Shown here: piece by piece, positions 29,896 through 40,417 of the stretch
Layout of the letters: each line of letters starts with the position of its first letter
Position numbering within the stretch: the first letter of the stretch is position 1
From: Spirochaetota bacterium
GTDB taxonomy: Bacteria > Spirochaetota > Spirochaetia > SZUA-6 > Fen-1364
Length of the DNA: 60,564 nt
Assembly (NCBI GenBank): GCA_026398635.1
Contig: JAPLSM010000042.1
Coordinates: 1-60,564, forward strand
Direction: 5' to 3'
Notes under the pieces: generated by a model
What the model saw: only the letters and a program-made list of their open reading frames with translations
Database searches by the model: none
What the model was told of the DNA's origin: nothing
Made by a program: the position numbers and the translations under genes

Positions 29896-32757
29896 CTATC
29901 GCGTGCCCTCGAGCTCCCGCGCCCAGCTGCTGTCCGGATACTCCTTGCGCAGCCGGTCCTCGAAGCTGCGGGCCCGGTCGCGTTCACCCCGTGCCCGAGC
30001 CACCCGGGCTGCCTGGGCGAGGCCTTCGGCCGCGAGGTCCTCGATATCGGGGAAGAGGTATGCCAGGGTCAGGAACTCCTCGACCGCCTCGGCGGTGCGG
30101 CCATTCACCTCGAGCAGCCTGGCCTTCGCCATCCGGGCCTCGGCGCCGAGGCGGTCGGCGCGCGAGGAGGCGAGGGAATCCAGGGTCTCGAGCGCCCGGA
30201 CGGTGTCGCCGATGGCCGCGTAGTAGCGGCCTGTCAGCAGGCCCGCTTCGGCCGCGGCCCGGTCGGCGAGCGGCTTTCCCCGGACCGCCGTGAGGATGGC
30301 CATCGCCTCCTCGGGGTTCTCGGGCAGGATCAGGCCGGCGCAGGCGATGCGCAGCCGGGCGACCGTCCCCGTTGCAAGGCCTTTCGCGGCGCGCACCTTC
30401 GCGTCCCAGGTCCGGGCCTGTCCCGCTCCGCCCGCGGCCTCCAGGGCCCGGGCGAAGGTGTCCAGGACCGTTTCGAGCATCACGCCCTGCGGCCGGCTGC
30501 CCAGGTACGACCAGCACAGCTCGAGCGCACTCCCGGCATCACCGGCAGCGAGGGCGGCATCGGCGGCCCGGGCAAGCGCGGAATCGGCGAGCGGGCTCGC
30601 GGCGAAGTCGCGCGCCACGCGCAGGAAGAGGTCGCGGGCCTCCGCAGGCTTCCCCTGCTCGAGCGCCCGCGAGGCGAGCTTCGTGAAGGCGTCCGGGGCA
30701 AGCGCGCCCCCGGGGTGTTCGCGGGCAAGTCGGTCGAAGACGACCGTGGCCTCGGCGGCCGAACCGGACCGCGAGAGCGCCCAGCCCTTCTCGTACAGGG
30801 CCAGCTCGCGGATGTCCCGGCCCGCCGAGGCGAGCGCCAGGACCTCGTCGAACCGGCCGACGGCTTCGCGGTCCCTGCCGAGCAGGGTCTCGCACACGCC
30901 CGCCCTCAGGAGCATCTCGGTCCGGCGCGGATCGGCCGGGAAACGAATCGATGCGTCGAGAAAGGTATCGCGCGCCTCGGCGACACGGTTGAGCCGGAAC
31001 AGGCTCCATCCCAGCCAGTACAGCGCCTCCGCCGCCTCGCCCCCGCCGAGCGCGGCTGCTTCCCGGAACCGGTCCGCGGCCTCGTCGAGGCGCTCGAGAC
31101 GGTAGAGGGTACGGGCCGCGTGCATCGTCACCTCAGCCTCGCGCTCCGTACCCTTCACCTTCCGGCGCAGGCCCTCGAAGTCGGCGAGCGCACGGTCGTA
31201 CGACCCGAGATTGAAGCGCGAGACAGCGATGCCGAGCTGGGCGCGCACTGCCAGGTCCGCTGCCGGTCCGCCGGAGAGCACGGATTCGAAGAACGGCAGC
31301 GCCCGGGAGTACTCCCCGCGGCGGGTGTACACGAAGCCGATGCCGTAGGACGCCTCGGCCTTGTACGACGATTTGGGGAAGTCCCTGGCGAGGCGCGTGT
31401 AATCCTCCAGCGCGTCCGCGAGCCGGTCGGCCCTCAGCGCGGCGCCCGCCCGCCGGAAGAGGTGCTCGTCGGTGCGCGCCGAGCCGGGGAACCCCTTCAC
31501 CAGCTCGTCCCAGCGCGCCCAGGCCCCGGCAGCGTCGCCCTGCCTTTCCAGCACCGAGGCCAGGAGGCGCAGCGCCGGCTCCCGCTCCGCGCCCGCGGGG
31601 AACCGCGAAGCGTACGCGGCAAGCGCCGCGGCGGCCTCCCGGTCCCTGCCGAGCCCGGCGAGGAGCGTGCTCTGCTCAAACAGGGCCCGCGCGGAGGTCG
31701 CGGCGGAAGGGCCGGCTGAAGCCTGCGCGAGCAGCGCTGCCGCCTGTTCGCGCCGGCCGAGTGCGGCCTGCGTGAGACCCATGGCGAGCCGTGTCGCCTG
31801 CCGCGACGCGTCGTCAGCTGCCACGGCGAGCGACTTCCCGTAGAGTGCGAGCGCCTCCTCGTACTTCTTCCGGCCGTAGAGGATGTCGCCCTGCAGGCGC
31901 AGGGCTGCCGACCGATGGACGCCCCGCGGCCAGGCCGCCAGGAGCGCATCGAGCTGCTGCAGAGCAGCGTCGGGTTTTCCCGCCCGGGCCAGTATGCCCG
32001 CGATCCGGAACATCGCGGTCTCCCGGTACGGCGAATCCTGGTAGACGGACAGGAGCGTGCGGTACCGCTTCTCCGCCGCGGCGTCCGACTCCAGCGCGTA
32101 TTCGCTCTCGGCGAGGAAGAAGACCGCGTCGCGCACGAACGCGCTTCCGGGGTGGTCGGCGAGAACCTTCGCGTAGAGGTCGCGCGCGGCCGCGTACCGG
32201 CCGGCACGATACTCGATGCCGGCGAGCCGGTAGAGCGCCTCGGCGAGCACGTCGCCGTCCGGTTTCTCGGCGGCGAGCGTCCGGTAGACGGCCGCCGCCT
32301 CGGCTGCCCGGCCGAGCTCCTCGAGAGCGGTGCCGGTGAGGAGCTCCGCGCGGTGGCGCCACGCGGGGTCCGCCTCCGGACTGGTGAGAAGTGCCTGGAG
32401 CGCTTCCCTGGCCTTTTCGGGCTTTCCGAGTTTCAGCCATGAGGCGCCGAGCCACCAGCCGGCCTGAAGGGCGAGCTGGGAGGACGGGGCCGTGCGGCGG
32501 AGGGTTTCGAGGTGTTCGACCGCATCCGCGGGCCGGTCGAGCAGGTACAGCGAGGCGCCGAGCAGGTACGCCGCCTCGGCGGCACGGGCGCTCGCCGGCC
32601 AGTCATCGAGCAGCCTCTGGAAGCTTTTCGCGGCGAGGGCGTACTGCCCGTCGCCGAAAGCGGCCTTGCCGGCGCGGGCGAGATCGTCGGCGCTCTCCGC
32701 CCAGGCAGCGGCGGCGAGCGCGATCAGGGCTGCGGCGATCGCCGCACGGCGCCTCAT
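29896..32757 (-). CDS. Large secreted tetratricopeptide-repeat protein (953 aa)
   Basis: Signal peptide [20 protein letters not shown]. The remainder is almost entirely TPR-like A/L/R/Y-rich helical repeats (..A.Y.LG..Y....Y..A...F..). Its ATG overlaps the clpC stop (ATGA 32754-32757). Confidence 0.8.
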   Translation of the reverse strand: MRRRAAIAAALIALAAAAWAESADDLARAGKAAFGDGQYALAAKSFQRLLDDWPASARAAEAAYLLGASLYLLDRPADAVEHLETLRRTAPSSQLALQAGWWLGASWLKLGKPEKAREALQALLTSPEADPAWRHRAELLTGTALEELGRAAEAAAVYRTLAAEKPDGDVLAEALYRLAGIEYRAGRYAAARDLYAKVLADHPGSAFVRDAVFFLAESEYALESDAAAEKRYRTLLSVYQDSPYRETAMFRIAGILARAGKPDAALQQLDALLAAWPRGVHRSAALRLQGDILYGRKKYEEALALYGKSLAVAADDASRQATRLAMGLTQAALGRREQAAALLAQASAGPSAATSARALFEQSTLLAGLGRDREAAAALAAYASRFPAGAEREPALRLLASVLERQGDAAGAWARWDELVKGFPGSARTDEHLFRRAGAALRADRLADALEDYTRLARDFPKSSYKAEASYGIGFVYTRRGEYSRALPFFESVLSGGPAADLAVRAQLGIAVSRFNLGSYDRALADFEGLRRKVKGTEREAEVTMHAARTLYRLERLDEAADRFREAAALGGGEAAEALYWLGWSLFRLNRVAEARDTFLDASIRFPADPRRTEMLLRAGVCETLLGRDREAVGRFDEVLALASAGRDIRELALYEKGWALSRSGSAAEATVVFDRLAREHPGGALAPDAFTKLASRALEQGKPAEARDLFLRVARDFAASPLADSALARAADAALAAGDAGSALELCWSYLGSRPQGVMLETVLDTFARALEAAGGAGQARTWDAKVRAAKGLATGTVARLRIACAGLILPENPEEAMAILTAVRGKPLADRAAAEAGLLTGRYYAAIGDTVRALETLDSLASSRADRLGAEARMAKARLLEVNGRTAEAVEEFLTLAYLFPDIEDLAAEGLAQAARVARARGERDRARSFEDRLRKEYPDSSWARELEGTR

Positions 32758-35423
32758 GTGGCGGCTGGCTCCGGTTCGCGCCCGGCACCGCCGTCGGCCG
32801 GGGTGACCGGATCCTGCGCCGTCCCGGCCTCGCCGCCCTCGGCGTCCTCACCGGTGTCCGCAGTTTCCCCGGCTTCCGCAGTTTCTCCGGCTTCCGCAGT
32901 TTCTCCGGCTTCCGCAGTTTCTCCGGCTTCCGCAGTTTCCCCGGCTTCCACCGGCTCGGGCTTCTCGCCCCGCCGACGGAAGGCGATCTTATCGTTTCTG
33001 AGCTCAACCTCCACGGTGTCGCCTTCGGAGAACCGGCCCTTGAGGATCTCGATGGACAGGGGGTCCTCCACCTCCTTCTGCAAGAGGCGCCGCAGCGGCC
33101 GTGCCCCGTACTTCTCGTCGAAGCCCTTCCCGATCAGCCACTCCCGGGCCCGCTTCTTCATCTCGAGCCGGATCTTCTGCTCGCCGAGCCGTGTCCCGAT
33201 CTCCTTCACCATGATGTCGAAGACCTGTCCGAGATGGCCGCGGTCGAGGTTGTGGAACACCACGATCTCGTCGATCCGGTTGATGAACTCGGGGTTGAAG
33301 GCTCGCTTGACCTCGTTCATCACGAAGCTGCGCATGTCCCGCTGGTTCATGCCGCCCTCCTCGCTCTGGAAGCCGAGCAGGGTGTCCTTGTTGATCTCCC
33401 GGGCCCCGAGGTTCGACGTCATGATGAGCACCGCGTTGCGGAAGCTGACCGCGTGGCCGAGATTGTCCGCGAGCTGCCCCTCCTCGAGAACTTGCAGCAG
33501 GACGTTGAACACGTCGGGGTGCGCCTTCTCGATCTCGTCGAGCAGCACCACGCTGAACGGGCGCCGCCGGATCTTCTCGGTGAGGAGTCCTCCCTCCTCG
33601 TAGCCCACGTAGCCCGGGGGCGCGCCCACGAGCCGGCTGACGTTGTGCTTCTCCATGAAGTCCGACATGTCGATGCGGATCAGCGCGTCCTCGTCGCCGA
33701 AGAGGAAGCCCGCCAGGGTGCGGGCCACGTGGGTCTTGCCGACCCCCGTGCCCCCGAGGAAGATGAACGAGCCGAGGGGCCGCCGGGCGCTCGAGAGGCC
33801 CGTGCGCGAGCGCCGGATGGCGGAGGCGATCACCGAGATCGCCTCGTCCTGGCCCACCACGGTGCGGTGCATCTCCTCCTCGATGTGCAGCAGCTTCTCG
33901 CTCTCGCTCTGTACGATGCGCGAGAGCGGGATGCCCGTCATATCGGAGATGACCTGCTGGATGTCCTCGACGCCGACCACGTTCTCCTCGGGCCGGACGG
34001 ATCCCTCCCAGGATTTCTTGATCTCCTCGACGCGCGCGCGCAGCTGGCGCACCGTGTCGCGCACCGCCGCGGCCTTCTCGTAGCTCTGCGTGTTGACGAG
34101 GTTCGCCTTCTCCACGTTCAGGCGCTCGATCTCCTTCTCGAGGTCGGAGAGCTCCTTGGGCCGGATCGACGTGTGGATCCGCTTGCGCGATCCGCTCTCG
34201 TCCACGAGGTCGATGGCCTTGTCGGGCAGGAAGCGCTCGGTGATGTACCGGCGCGAGAGCGTGGCTGCCGCCTCGAGGGCGCTGTCGGCGTAGCTCACCT
34301 TGTGGTGCGCCTCGTAGTTCTTCTTGACGCCCTTCAATATCGCCACGGTCTCCTCGACCGATGGCTCCTTGACCACGATGGGCTGGAACCGGCGCTCGAG
34401 CGCCCCGTCGCGCTCGATGTGCTTCTTGTACTCGTTCAGCGTCGTGGCTCCGATGCACTGCAGCTCGCCGCGCGAGAGGGCCGGCTTCAGCATGTTCGAC
34501 GCGTCGATGGCGCCCTCGGCCCCGCCGGCACCGATGATCGTGTGCAGCTCGTCGATGAACAGCACCACGTTGCCCGCCGAGAGGATCTCCTTCATGACCC
34601 GCTTGAGGCGCTCCTCGAACTCGCCCCGGTACTTCGTGCCTGCCACGAGCGAGGCGAGGTCGAGCACGAGCACCCGCTTGCCCACGAGCACCTCGGGCAC
34701 CGTGCCCTCGATGATCTTCTGGGCCAGGCCCTCGACGATGGCGGTCTTGCCGACGCCGGGCTCGCCGATCAGCACGGGGTTGTTCTTGGTCCGGCGCGCG
34801 AGGATCTGGATGACCCGCTGGATCTCCTTCTCCCGGCCGATCACGGGGTCGAGCTTCCCCTCCCGGGCGAGGGCGGTGAGATCGCGGCCGAACTCGTCGA
34901 GCGTCGGGGTGGGCTTGCGCGAGGCGGACGCCGCCTTCTTGCGGGCGGTGCCGGCCTGTCCAGGGCCGTTCGGGCGCGGTTCTCCCCCGCCGCTGATGGC
35001 GAGGATCGCCTCGCGCAGCACGTTCGGGGTCACGTTGTACTTCGCGAGGTAGCGCGAGACCACCGCACCCTGCTCCTTCGCCGCGGCGAGCAGCAGGTGC
35101 TCGGTGCCGATGTACTCGTGGCCCATGCCCCGGGCCTCCTCGGCGGAGTCCTCGAGGATCTTCTGCCCGCGCTTCGAAGGCGGCACGTCGCCGAGGATGA
35201 GGCCGCCCTTGCCCTTGGGCAGGCTGCGCTCGATCTCGGCCTGCATCTCCTCGAGGGTGACCTTCACCCGCTGCAGGGCCTTCACGGCCACCCCTTCCCC
35301 GTCGCGGAGCAGCGCGAGGATGATGTGCTCCGGCAGCAGCTGGTCGGAGTGGAAGCGCTTGGCCTCCTCCTGGGCGAGGATGGTGAGCACCTTCTGAGCT
35401 CTCTGCGTCAGTCCCTTGAACAT
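32754..35423 (-). CDS. clpC: ATP-dependent Clp protease ATP-binding subunit ClpC, with an unusual acidic repeat tail
   Basis: ATG at 35423 ([13 protein letters not shown]..). Two Clp_N repeats, AAA+ 1 ([22 protein letters not shown]), a UVR-like linker (YEKAAAVRD), AAA+ 2 ([22 protein letters not shown]), and a C-terminal D2-small domain. A ~75-aa (AGETAE)n tail follows. Confidence 0.93.
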   Translation of the reverse strand: MFKGLTQRAQKVLTILAQEEAKRFHSDQLLPEHIILALLRDGEGVAVKALQRVKVTLEEMQAEIERSLPKGKGGLILGDVPPSKRGQKILEDSAEEARGMGHEYIGTEHLLLAAAKEQGAVVSRYLAKYNVTPNVLREAILAISGGGEPRPNGPGQAGTARKKAASASRKPTPTLDEFGRDLTALAREGKLDPVIGREKEIQRVIQILARRTKNNPVLIGEPGVGKTAIVEGLAQKIIEGTVPEVLVGKRVLVLDLASLVAGTKYRGEFEERLKRVMKEILSAGNVVLFIDELHTIIGAGGAEGAIDASNMLKPALSRGELQCIGATTLNEYKKHIERDGALERRFQPIVVKEPSVEETVAILKGVKKNYEAHHKVSYADSALEAAATLSRRYITERFLPDKAIDLVDESGSRKRIHTSIRPKELSDLEKEIERLNVEKANLVNTQSYEKAAAVRDTVRQLRARVEEIKKSWEGSVRPEENVVGVEDIQQVISDMTGIPLSRIVQSESEKLLHIEEEMHRTVVGQDEAISVIASAIRRSRTGLSSARRPLGSFIFLGGTGVGKTHVARTLAGFLFGDEDALIRIDMSDFMEKHNVSRLVGAPPGYVGYEEGGLLTEKIRRRPFSVVLLDEIEKAHPDVFNVLLQVLEEGQLADNLGHAVSFRNAVLIMTSNLGAREINKDTLLGFQSEEGGMNQRDMRSFVMNEVKRAFNPEFINRIDEIVVFHNLDRGHLGQVFDIMVKEIGTRLGEQKIRLEMKKRAREWLIGKGFDEKYGARPLRRLLQKEVEDPLSIEILKGRFSEGDTVEVELRNDKIAFRRRGEKPEPVEAGETAEAGETAEAGETAEAGETAEAGETADTGEDAEGGEAGTAQDPVTPADGGAGREPEPAAT
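32857..32946 (-). repeat. Five head-to-tail copies of an 18-nt unit (in-frame VNTR) in the clpC 3' end
   Basis: Plus-strand unit tccgcagtttcYccggct at 32857, 32875, 32893, 32911 and 32929. The three inner copies are identical and the outer two differ at one base. It encodes AGETAE x5. Confidence 0.9.
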
Positions 35424-35431
35424 GATGCGAT

Positions 35432-36517
35432 TCAGCCTCCCCCGCTGCCGGGTACTGCCCCCGCAACGGCCTGCCGGACCATCCGGGCCCGGGTCCAATC
35501 GATCTGCCTGCCGTCCGCCGCGTCGTGCCGGCCGGCGAGCAGGTGCTGCACGTGCGCCTTCCGCACGAGGTACAGCAGCGCGGTGATCTCGGCCAAGCCG
35601 GGCCGGTCCGCCATGCCGAGGGCGACCCCCAGGCGCAGCGACGCGAGCGAATCCACCGCCTCGCGCATGGTGAGGTAGCGGCAGTAGGTCAGCAGGCCGA
35701 GGGCCCGAAACACCCGGTCCTCGAGGTCCATCCTGCGCCGCGCGGCCAGCTCCTCGCGGGTGCGCGTTTCCCACGCGGAGAGCTGCACCGCGACCCGCCC
35801 GAGGGCCGCGGCGATATCCCGCCCGCCCTGCCCGATGGTGAGCTCGTTCGCCACCAGGTACAGGTCGCCGAGGCTCTCGCTCGCCTCGCCGAAGAATCCC
35901 CGGATCGACACCCCGATCTGCGCGGTGGCCTTCATGGCCTTGGCGAGCAGACCGCTCATCGCGAGGGCCGGCAGGTGCAGCATGAGCGACGCCCGCATGC
36001 CCGTGCCGAGGTTCGCGACCGCCGTGTTGAGGTACCCCCACTCGCGCGACACGGCGAACGGCAGGGAACCCGCGAGGGCGTCGTCGAGCGCGTCTATCCG
36101 GGCGAGGAGGCGCTCCAGGCAGGAGCCGGCCCCCAGGCATGCGAGGCGCAGGTGGTCCTCCTCGCAGATCACCGCGGTGGTGCCGGCGTCGTCGGCGAGG
36201 GCCACGGCGCGCTGCTTTTCCAGCGAAAACGCCTGCCCGATCAGACCTCTCTCGAAGAGAATGCGCCGCTCCAGCGGGGCGAGCTCGTCGAGATACAGGA
36301 TCGCGAATTCGCCGCTGTTCGGCAAATGCCGGATCGCCTCGAGGATCTCCTCGCGGAGGCGGGCTTCCTCCTCGGCGGAGCAGGTGCCGGGGTACGGGTG
36401 GGTGCGCAGGTTGCGCGCGAGGCGTACCCGGGAGGCCACCACCACGCCGGCGTCGCTTCCCGGTTCGCGCATCCAGGCGGCCAGGTCGCCCGGGCCGCTG
36501 AACTCAAACACCGGCAT
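35432..36517 (-). CDS. mcsB: Protein arginine kinase McsB
   Basis: ATP:guanido phosphotransferase family: ..[20 protein letters not shown].., ..[25 protein letters not shown].., ..[12 protein letters not shown]... ATG at 36517. It ends 8 nt before clpC. Confidence 0.9.
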   Translation of the reverse strand: MPVFEFSGPGDLAAWMREPGSDAGVVVASRVRLARNLRTHPYPGTCSAEEEARLREEILEAIRHLPNSGEFAILYLDELAPLERRILFERGLIGQAFSLEKQRAVALADDAGTTAVICEEDHLRLACLGAGSCLERLLARIDALDDALAGSLPFAVSREWGYLNTAVANLGTGMRASLMLHLPALAMSGLLAKAMKATAQIGVSIRGFFGEASESLGDLYLVANELTIGQGGRDIAAALGRVAVQLSAWETRTREELAARRRMDLEDRVFRALGLLTYCRYLTMREAVDSLASLRLGVALGMADRPGLAEITALLYLVRKAHVQHLLAGRHDAADGRQIDWTRARMVRQAVAGAVPGSGGG

Positions 36518-36998
36518 CGAGGTCCCTGATGCGGTCGCGCAGGCGCGCCGCGCGCTCGTAGTCCTCACCCTCGACCGCGGCCCGAAGCTCGGCCGCCAGC
36601 TCCTCGCGGTCCCCGCCGTCGGCGGCCGGACCCGACAGCTCTCGGGGCAGCTTGCCCGCGTGCCGGGGCCGGGGGGCCATCTGTGAGAGGATGCGCTTCA
36701 GGTCGTCGCCGAAGGCCTCGTAGCACTCCGCGCACCCCGCCCGGCCCCGCTTGCGGAACTCCACAGCAGCGAGGCCGCACCGGGGGCAGGCGGCTGGGGA
36801 TGGGGCTCCGCCCTGCGCCTGCGCGCCGTCGATGAGCCCGGCGAGCAGGTCGCCGACGGAAATCTCGGTATCCTCCTCACGGATGAAGCCCCGCTCCTGG
36901 GCGCACTCCTCGCAGAGGTGCAGCTCCTGGAAACCGTTCTTCTGCATCTGCCGGACGTGAATGAGGGCGTCCCGCAGGCCGCACGTGTCGCATTTCAT
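36504..36998 (-). CDS. mcsA: McsA (UvrB/UvrC-motif, zinc-finger activator of McsB)
   Basis: 164 aa with MKCDTCG......LCEEC and CPRCG....GRAGCAECY zinc-finger pairs, plus a C-terminal UVR motif (EDYERAARLRDRIRDL). It overlaps mcsB by 14 nt. Confidence 0.85.
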   Translation of the reverse strand: MKCDTCGLRDALIHVRQMQKNGFQELHLCEECAQERGFIREEDTEISVGDLLAGLIDGAQAQGGAPSPAACPRCGLAAVEFRKRGRAGCAECYEAFGDDLKRILSQMAPRPRHAGKLPRELSGPAADGGDREELAAELRAAVEGEDYERAARLRDRIRDLDAGV

Positions 36999-37007
36999 AC
37001 CGTCTTC

Positions 37008-37052
37008 ATTATAACGCGTGAAGGCCTGCCAAGGCCAACGACGCAACGCGTT
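37008..37052 (-). promoter_or_regulatory. Putative promoter/operator of mcsA-mcsB-clpC
   Basis: The minus strand has a perfect TATAAT (37013-37008) only 9 nt (GAAGACGGT) upstream of the mcsA ATG, with no Shine-Dalgarno. Immediately upstream is a nested inverted repeat AACGCGT(T) ... GGCCT-TGGC-AGGCC ... ACGCGTT (37013-37052). The -35 is poor (TTGGCC with a 19-nt spacer). Confidence 0.4.
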
Positions 37053-37096
37053 CCGGCGCTGCGCCGGCCGCAGGAGCAGGGTGTGGGAACTGCCCG

Positions 37097-38395
37097 TTAA
37101 CTGCGGCGCAGCAGCTCGAGCGGCGACAGACGACCGGCCCTTCGGGCGGGCAGCCAGGCCGCGAGACACGCGACGAGCAGCGTCCCGGCAGCGGCTGACG
37201 CAACCTCGAATGCCCGGAGGCGTACGGGGATGCTCTGGAGGTAGTAGGCGCTCTGGAACAGGGTCAGGCGACCCCCGGAACCGGCGCCGGAGGTGAAAGG
37301 CGAGCGCGCGAGGTCGAAAACCCCGGCCGCGAAGTTCAGCAGCCGGTCGAGAGTTGCGATGATGCCATTGATGTTGACTGCCAGGAGAAGTCCGGTCGCA
37401 ATGCCGAGAGCCGTGCCCGCGACGGCCGCGGACAGGCCGGCGAACAGGAACGACCGGGTGAGCACCGCGGGACGCGCGCCGATGCCGAGCAGGATTCCGA
37501 TTTCCTGCCGTCGCTCGAGTACGAGCATCAGCACGGTGGACGACACGTTGGCGGCTGCCACCACGACGATGAGGCTCATGATCAGAACGAGCAGCCACCG
37601 CGTGGTCTCGAACGAAGCGAGGCGCGAGCGCTCCAGGTCGCGCCACGTGGATACCCGTGCGTCGGGCCCGAGCGCCTCGGCCACCCGGGAGGCGACGGTC
37701 GAGAGGTCCCTGAAAGGATCGGCGACCTTCACTCCCAGGATGGTGCGCGCGCCACGCGGGGGCAGCGCCGCCGCCGCGTCCGCGAGCGCCGCGTAAGCCA
37801 CGGCCTTGTCCAGCTCCTGGTAGCCGGTTTCATAGATGCCGCCCACGGTGAGCCGCGTCACCCGGGGCAGCACGGCGGCCTCGCCCGTGAGCCCCGCCAC
37901 GGCCAGCACCGTGTCGCCCAGGCGCGCACCGAGCGTCCGGGCCAGGGCAGCACTGATCAGTACCGTGCGGGGCCGCGTGAGATCGAGAGACCCCGCGGAC
38001 GCCGACAGGTACCGGTGCAGACCCTCGTCCCTGGCGAAGGAGACGGGATCCACGCACCGGAGGGTGACACCCGCCGAGCGGGTCGAAATGGCGAGCAGCA
38101 CGGTCGCCTGGCGCTCGGCGGTGGCTGCGCGCACGTCCGGAAGCTTCTCCACGACTCGGGCTGCCGCGACGAGGTCGTCCATGTCCAGCGCCGCGGGCAG
38201 TGAGGCCTGCAGGTGGTGGCTCCCGATCTCGAGGAGGCGCTCGGTGATACCCTCGATCATGCCCGTGGAGACCTCCATCACGACCACGAGCGGCACGAGC
38301 CCGAGGGCGATGCCGGCGACCGCGCCCCTGAGGTAGCGCCCGGTGCCGGACCGGCCCCGCAAGGTGCGCAGGCCGAGGAAGACGAACTCTTTCAT
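37097..38395 (-). CDS. Lipoprotein-releasing ABC transporter permease (LolC/LolE family, FtsX domain)
   Basis: Begins [14 protein letters not shown]. It has an N-terminal TM helix, a MacB-like periplasmic domain, and a C-terminal FtsX 3-TM bundle (..LERRQEIGILLGIGARP...). Its ATG overlaps the lolD stop (ATGA 38392-38395). Confidence 0.85.
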   Translation of the reverse strand: MKEFVFLGLRTLRGRSGTGRYLRGAVAGIALGLVPLVVVMEVSTGMIEGITERLLEIGSHHLQASLPAALDMDDLVAAARVVEKLPDVRAATAERQATVLLAISTRSAGVTLRCVDPVSFARDEGLHRYLSASAGSLDLTRPRTVLISAALARTLGARLGDTVLAVAGLTGEAAVLPRVTRLTVGGIYETGYQELDKAVAYAALADAAAALPPRGARTILGVKVADPFRDLSTVASRVAEALGPDARVSTWRDLERSRLASFETTRWLLVLIMSLIVVVAAANVSSTVLMLVLERRQEIGILLGIGARPAVLTRSFLFAGLSAAVAGTALGIATGLLLAVNINGIIATLDRLLNFAAGVFDLARSPFTSGAGSGGRLTLFQSAYYLQSIPVRLRAFEVASAAAGTLLVACLAAWLPARRAGRLSPLELLRRS

Positions 38396-39072
38396 GCCGG
38401 CACCAGGACCCCGCCGGCGAGCTCGTAGCGCCGTTCGGCCCGGGCAGCCAGGGCTCGGTCGTGGGTCGCGAGCAGCAGCACGCATCCCTCGCGCGCGACG
38501 AGGGGAAAAAGGAGGTCCTCGACCATCCGGGCATTGCGCTCGTCGAGGTTTCCCGTCGGCTCGTCAGCGAGGATGAGCCGGGGCCGGTTCATCAGGGCCC
38601 GGGCGACGGCCACACGCTGCCGTTCTCCTCCGGAAAGCTCCAGCGGGTAGGCGTCGGCCCGGCTGGCCAGGCCCACGTCGTCGAGCAGCTCGCGGGCCCG
38701 GTCCCTGGTCCCCGCGGCGCCCCGGGAGGCGAGCATGCCGGGGATCAGGAGGTTCTCCAGGGCCGTGAAATCGCGCAGCAGGAAGTGGAACTGGAAGACG
38801 AATCCCACGTGCCGGCTGCGGTAGGCGCTGAGGGCCGTCTCGTCGAGCGTCGTGATGTCCGTACCGTCCACGACGACCGAGCCGCCCGTGGGCCGATCGA
38901 GGCCGCCCACGAGGGAGAGCAGCGTGCTCTTGCCCGAGCCACTCTCGCCCGTCACGGCGACGCTCGTTGGCCGCTCGACGTCCAGGTCGACGCCGCGCAG
39001 CACCTCGAGAGTTTCGCCGCCGGCCTGGAAGGACCGCACGAGCGATCGCACGGAAAGCAGCGACTCATTCAT
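38392..39072 (-). CDS. lolD: Lipoprotein-releasing ABC transporter ATP-binding protein LolD-like
   Basis: Walker [12 protein letters not shown], signature [15 protein letters not shown], Walker [13 protein letters not shown]. Length is 226 aa. It is flanked by two LolC/E-type permeases. Confidence 0.88.
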   Translation of the reverse strand: MNESLLSVRSLVRSFQAGGETLEVLRGVDLDVERPTSVAVTGESGSGKSTLLSLVGGLDRPTGGSVVVDGTDITTLDETALSAYRSRHVGFVFQFHFLLRDFTALENLLIPGMLASRGAAGTRDRARELLDDVGLASRADAYPLELSGGERQRVAVARALMNRPRLILADEPTGNLDERNARMVEDLLFPLVAREGCVLLLATHDRALAARAERRYELAGGVLVPA

Positions 39073-40417
39073 GGCGCAGCACCTCCGCGGGGCGGAATCG
39101 GGACACGGCCCGGGATGCCGCGTACGCGGCGAACGTGCACGAGAAGATCGCGAGGAAGGCCACGAAGAATGCCTCCCGGGGAAGCACGCGCGAGGGCACC
39201 TCCACGAGGTAGAAGGACGTCGGGGAGAAGATCGCGAACCCCGTACCGTCTCCGCCGCCGATGCGCGAGACGAGTCCGAGCGCCGCGTTCACCACCGCCT
39301 CGACGCCCGAGAAGACCGCGTTGATATTGCCCGCCAGGAGCAGGCCGAGTGCGGTGCCCGCGATCGCACCGGCCAGGCCCACCACGAGCCCCTCGGACAC
39401 GAAGATGTACTGGAGCTGCCGGGGTGGCACGCCGAGGGCCTTGAGCACCGCGATATCCTCGGTACGCTCGAGCACCGTTCGGCGCTGCGCGTGGTAGGTG
39501 TTGAACCCCACCACCACGAAGATGATGCCGACGAGCGCGAGCATGAGGAGCTTTTCCACGAGCAGGGCGTCGAAGAACGAACGGTTGTACGCCCTCCAGC
39601 TCTCCGCCGCATATCCCGAACCCTCGAGTGCGGCCGACACCGCGGGCAGGGCCCGGCGGTCCGCGAACCGGTCGGCCAGCTTCACGCCCCAGGTGACGGG
39701 CAGACCCTCGGCCGCGGGCCCCGAGAGGGCGACGAACACCAGGCCCGCGTCGTAGTCGTAGTACCCGCAACGGTACACGCCCGTCACCCGGAGGGCCGTT
39801 CGGCGCGCCTGCGGCCGTCCGTCGTCCGTCCAGCCGAGCCAGGAGAGGTACAAGGTGTCGCCGGGCCCGGTTCCGAGCCAGGCTGCGAGCTCGGCGCCGA
39901 TCACGACCGCATCGGCGGACGCGAGGTCGAGGGAGCCCTCGACCATCGAGAGGTGTGCCGCCTGCGAGGGGTCACGGGAGGCGAGGTCCGGGGGCACGGC
40001 CCTGACCACGGCTGGCCGGGCCCGGGAGTACGGGCCCTGCACCAGGGCCTGCCGCTCGGCGAACGGCACTACCGCGCGGACGCCGGGGACCGCGCCGATC
40101 CGCGTGGCGAGGTCCTGTCCGGCGGAGAGGGCGTCAGCTGCGGAGGCCCCCGGCGCTCTTCCGGTGGAGTCGGCACCTACGCCGCCCTGTGGTGCCGCCT
40201 TCCCGGCGGTCGGAACCGCCAGGAGGTGGTAGGAGCTGATCTCGACGATGCTCTCGATGAAGCCGAGCTGGAAGCCGTTCATCACCCCGAGCACCACCGT
40301 GAGGGTCGTCACACCCAGAGCCACACCGAGCATCGACAGCAGGGCTGCCGGCGATCCGCCCGAGCGGCGCCGGGTGCGCACGTAGCGCAGCGAAACGAGG
40401 GAGACGAGCCGGATCAT
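39065..40417 (-). CDS. Lipoprotein-releasing ABC transporter permease (LolC/LolE family), second copy
   Basis: MIRLVSLVSLRYVRTRRR.. with the same architecture as 37097-38395 (..LERTEDIAVLKALGVPP..). Its ATG overlaps the upstream stop (ATGA 40414-40417). Confidence 0.85.
   Translation of the reverse strand: MIRLVSLVSLRYVRTRRRSGGSPAALLSMLGVALGVTTLTVVLGVMNGFQLGFIESIVEISSYHLLAVPTAGKAAPQGGVGADSTGRAPGASAADALSAGQDLATRIGAVPGVRAVVPFAERQALVQGPYSRARPAVVRAVPPDLASRDPSQAAHLSMVEGSLDLASADAVVIGAELAAWLGTGPGDTLYLSWLGWTDDGRPQARRTALRVTGVYRCGYYDYDAGLVFVALSGPAAEGLPVTWGVKLADRFADRRALPAVSAALEGSGYAAESWRAYNRSFFDALLVEKLLMLALVGIIFVVVGFNTYHAQRRTVLERTEDIAVLKALGVPPRQLQYIFVSEGLVVGLAGAIAGTALGLLLAGNINAVFSGVEAVVNAALGLVSRIGGGDGTGFAIFSPTSFYLVEVPSRVLPREAFFVAFLAIFSCTFAAYAASRAVSRFRPAEVLRHE

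Noticed and set aside
32857-32946. Possible CRISPR-like array, given the regularly spaced 18-nt repeats
   Set aside because: The units are directly abutting with no spacers, they are in frame, and they lie inside clpC. This is a coding tandem repeat, not a CRISPR array. No repeat-spacer structure was seen anywhere in the window.
32391-35678. 1095-aa plus-strand ORF antisense to clpC, and similar large antisense ORFs such as 6418-7818, 23245-25140, 4820-6421 and 8101-9102
   Set aside because: They are antisense to genes with unambiguous conserved motifs (ClpC, nucleoside phosphorylase, M16 peptidase, RecJ). Their composition is low-complexity R/P/G/A, and stop codons are simply rare at this G+C content.
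36999-37096. A CtsR operator or CIRCE element upstream of mcsA
   Set aside because: Neither the GGTCAAA-type tandem heptad nor TTAGCACTC-N9-GAGTGCTAA is present. Only the unrelated AACGCGTT-type palindrome was found, and it is reported separately as a candidate operator.
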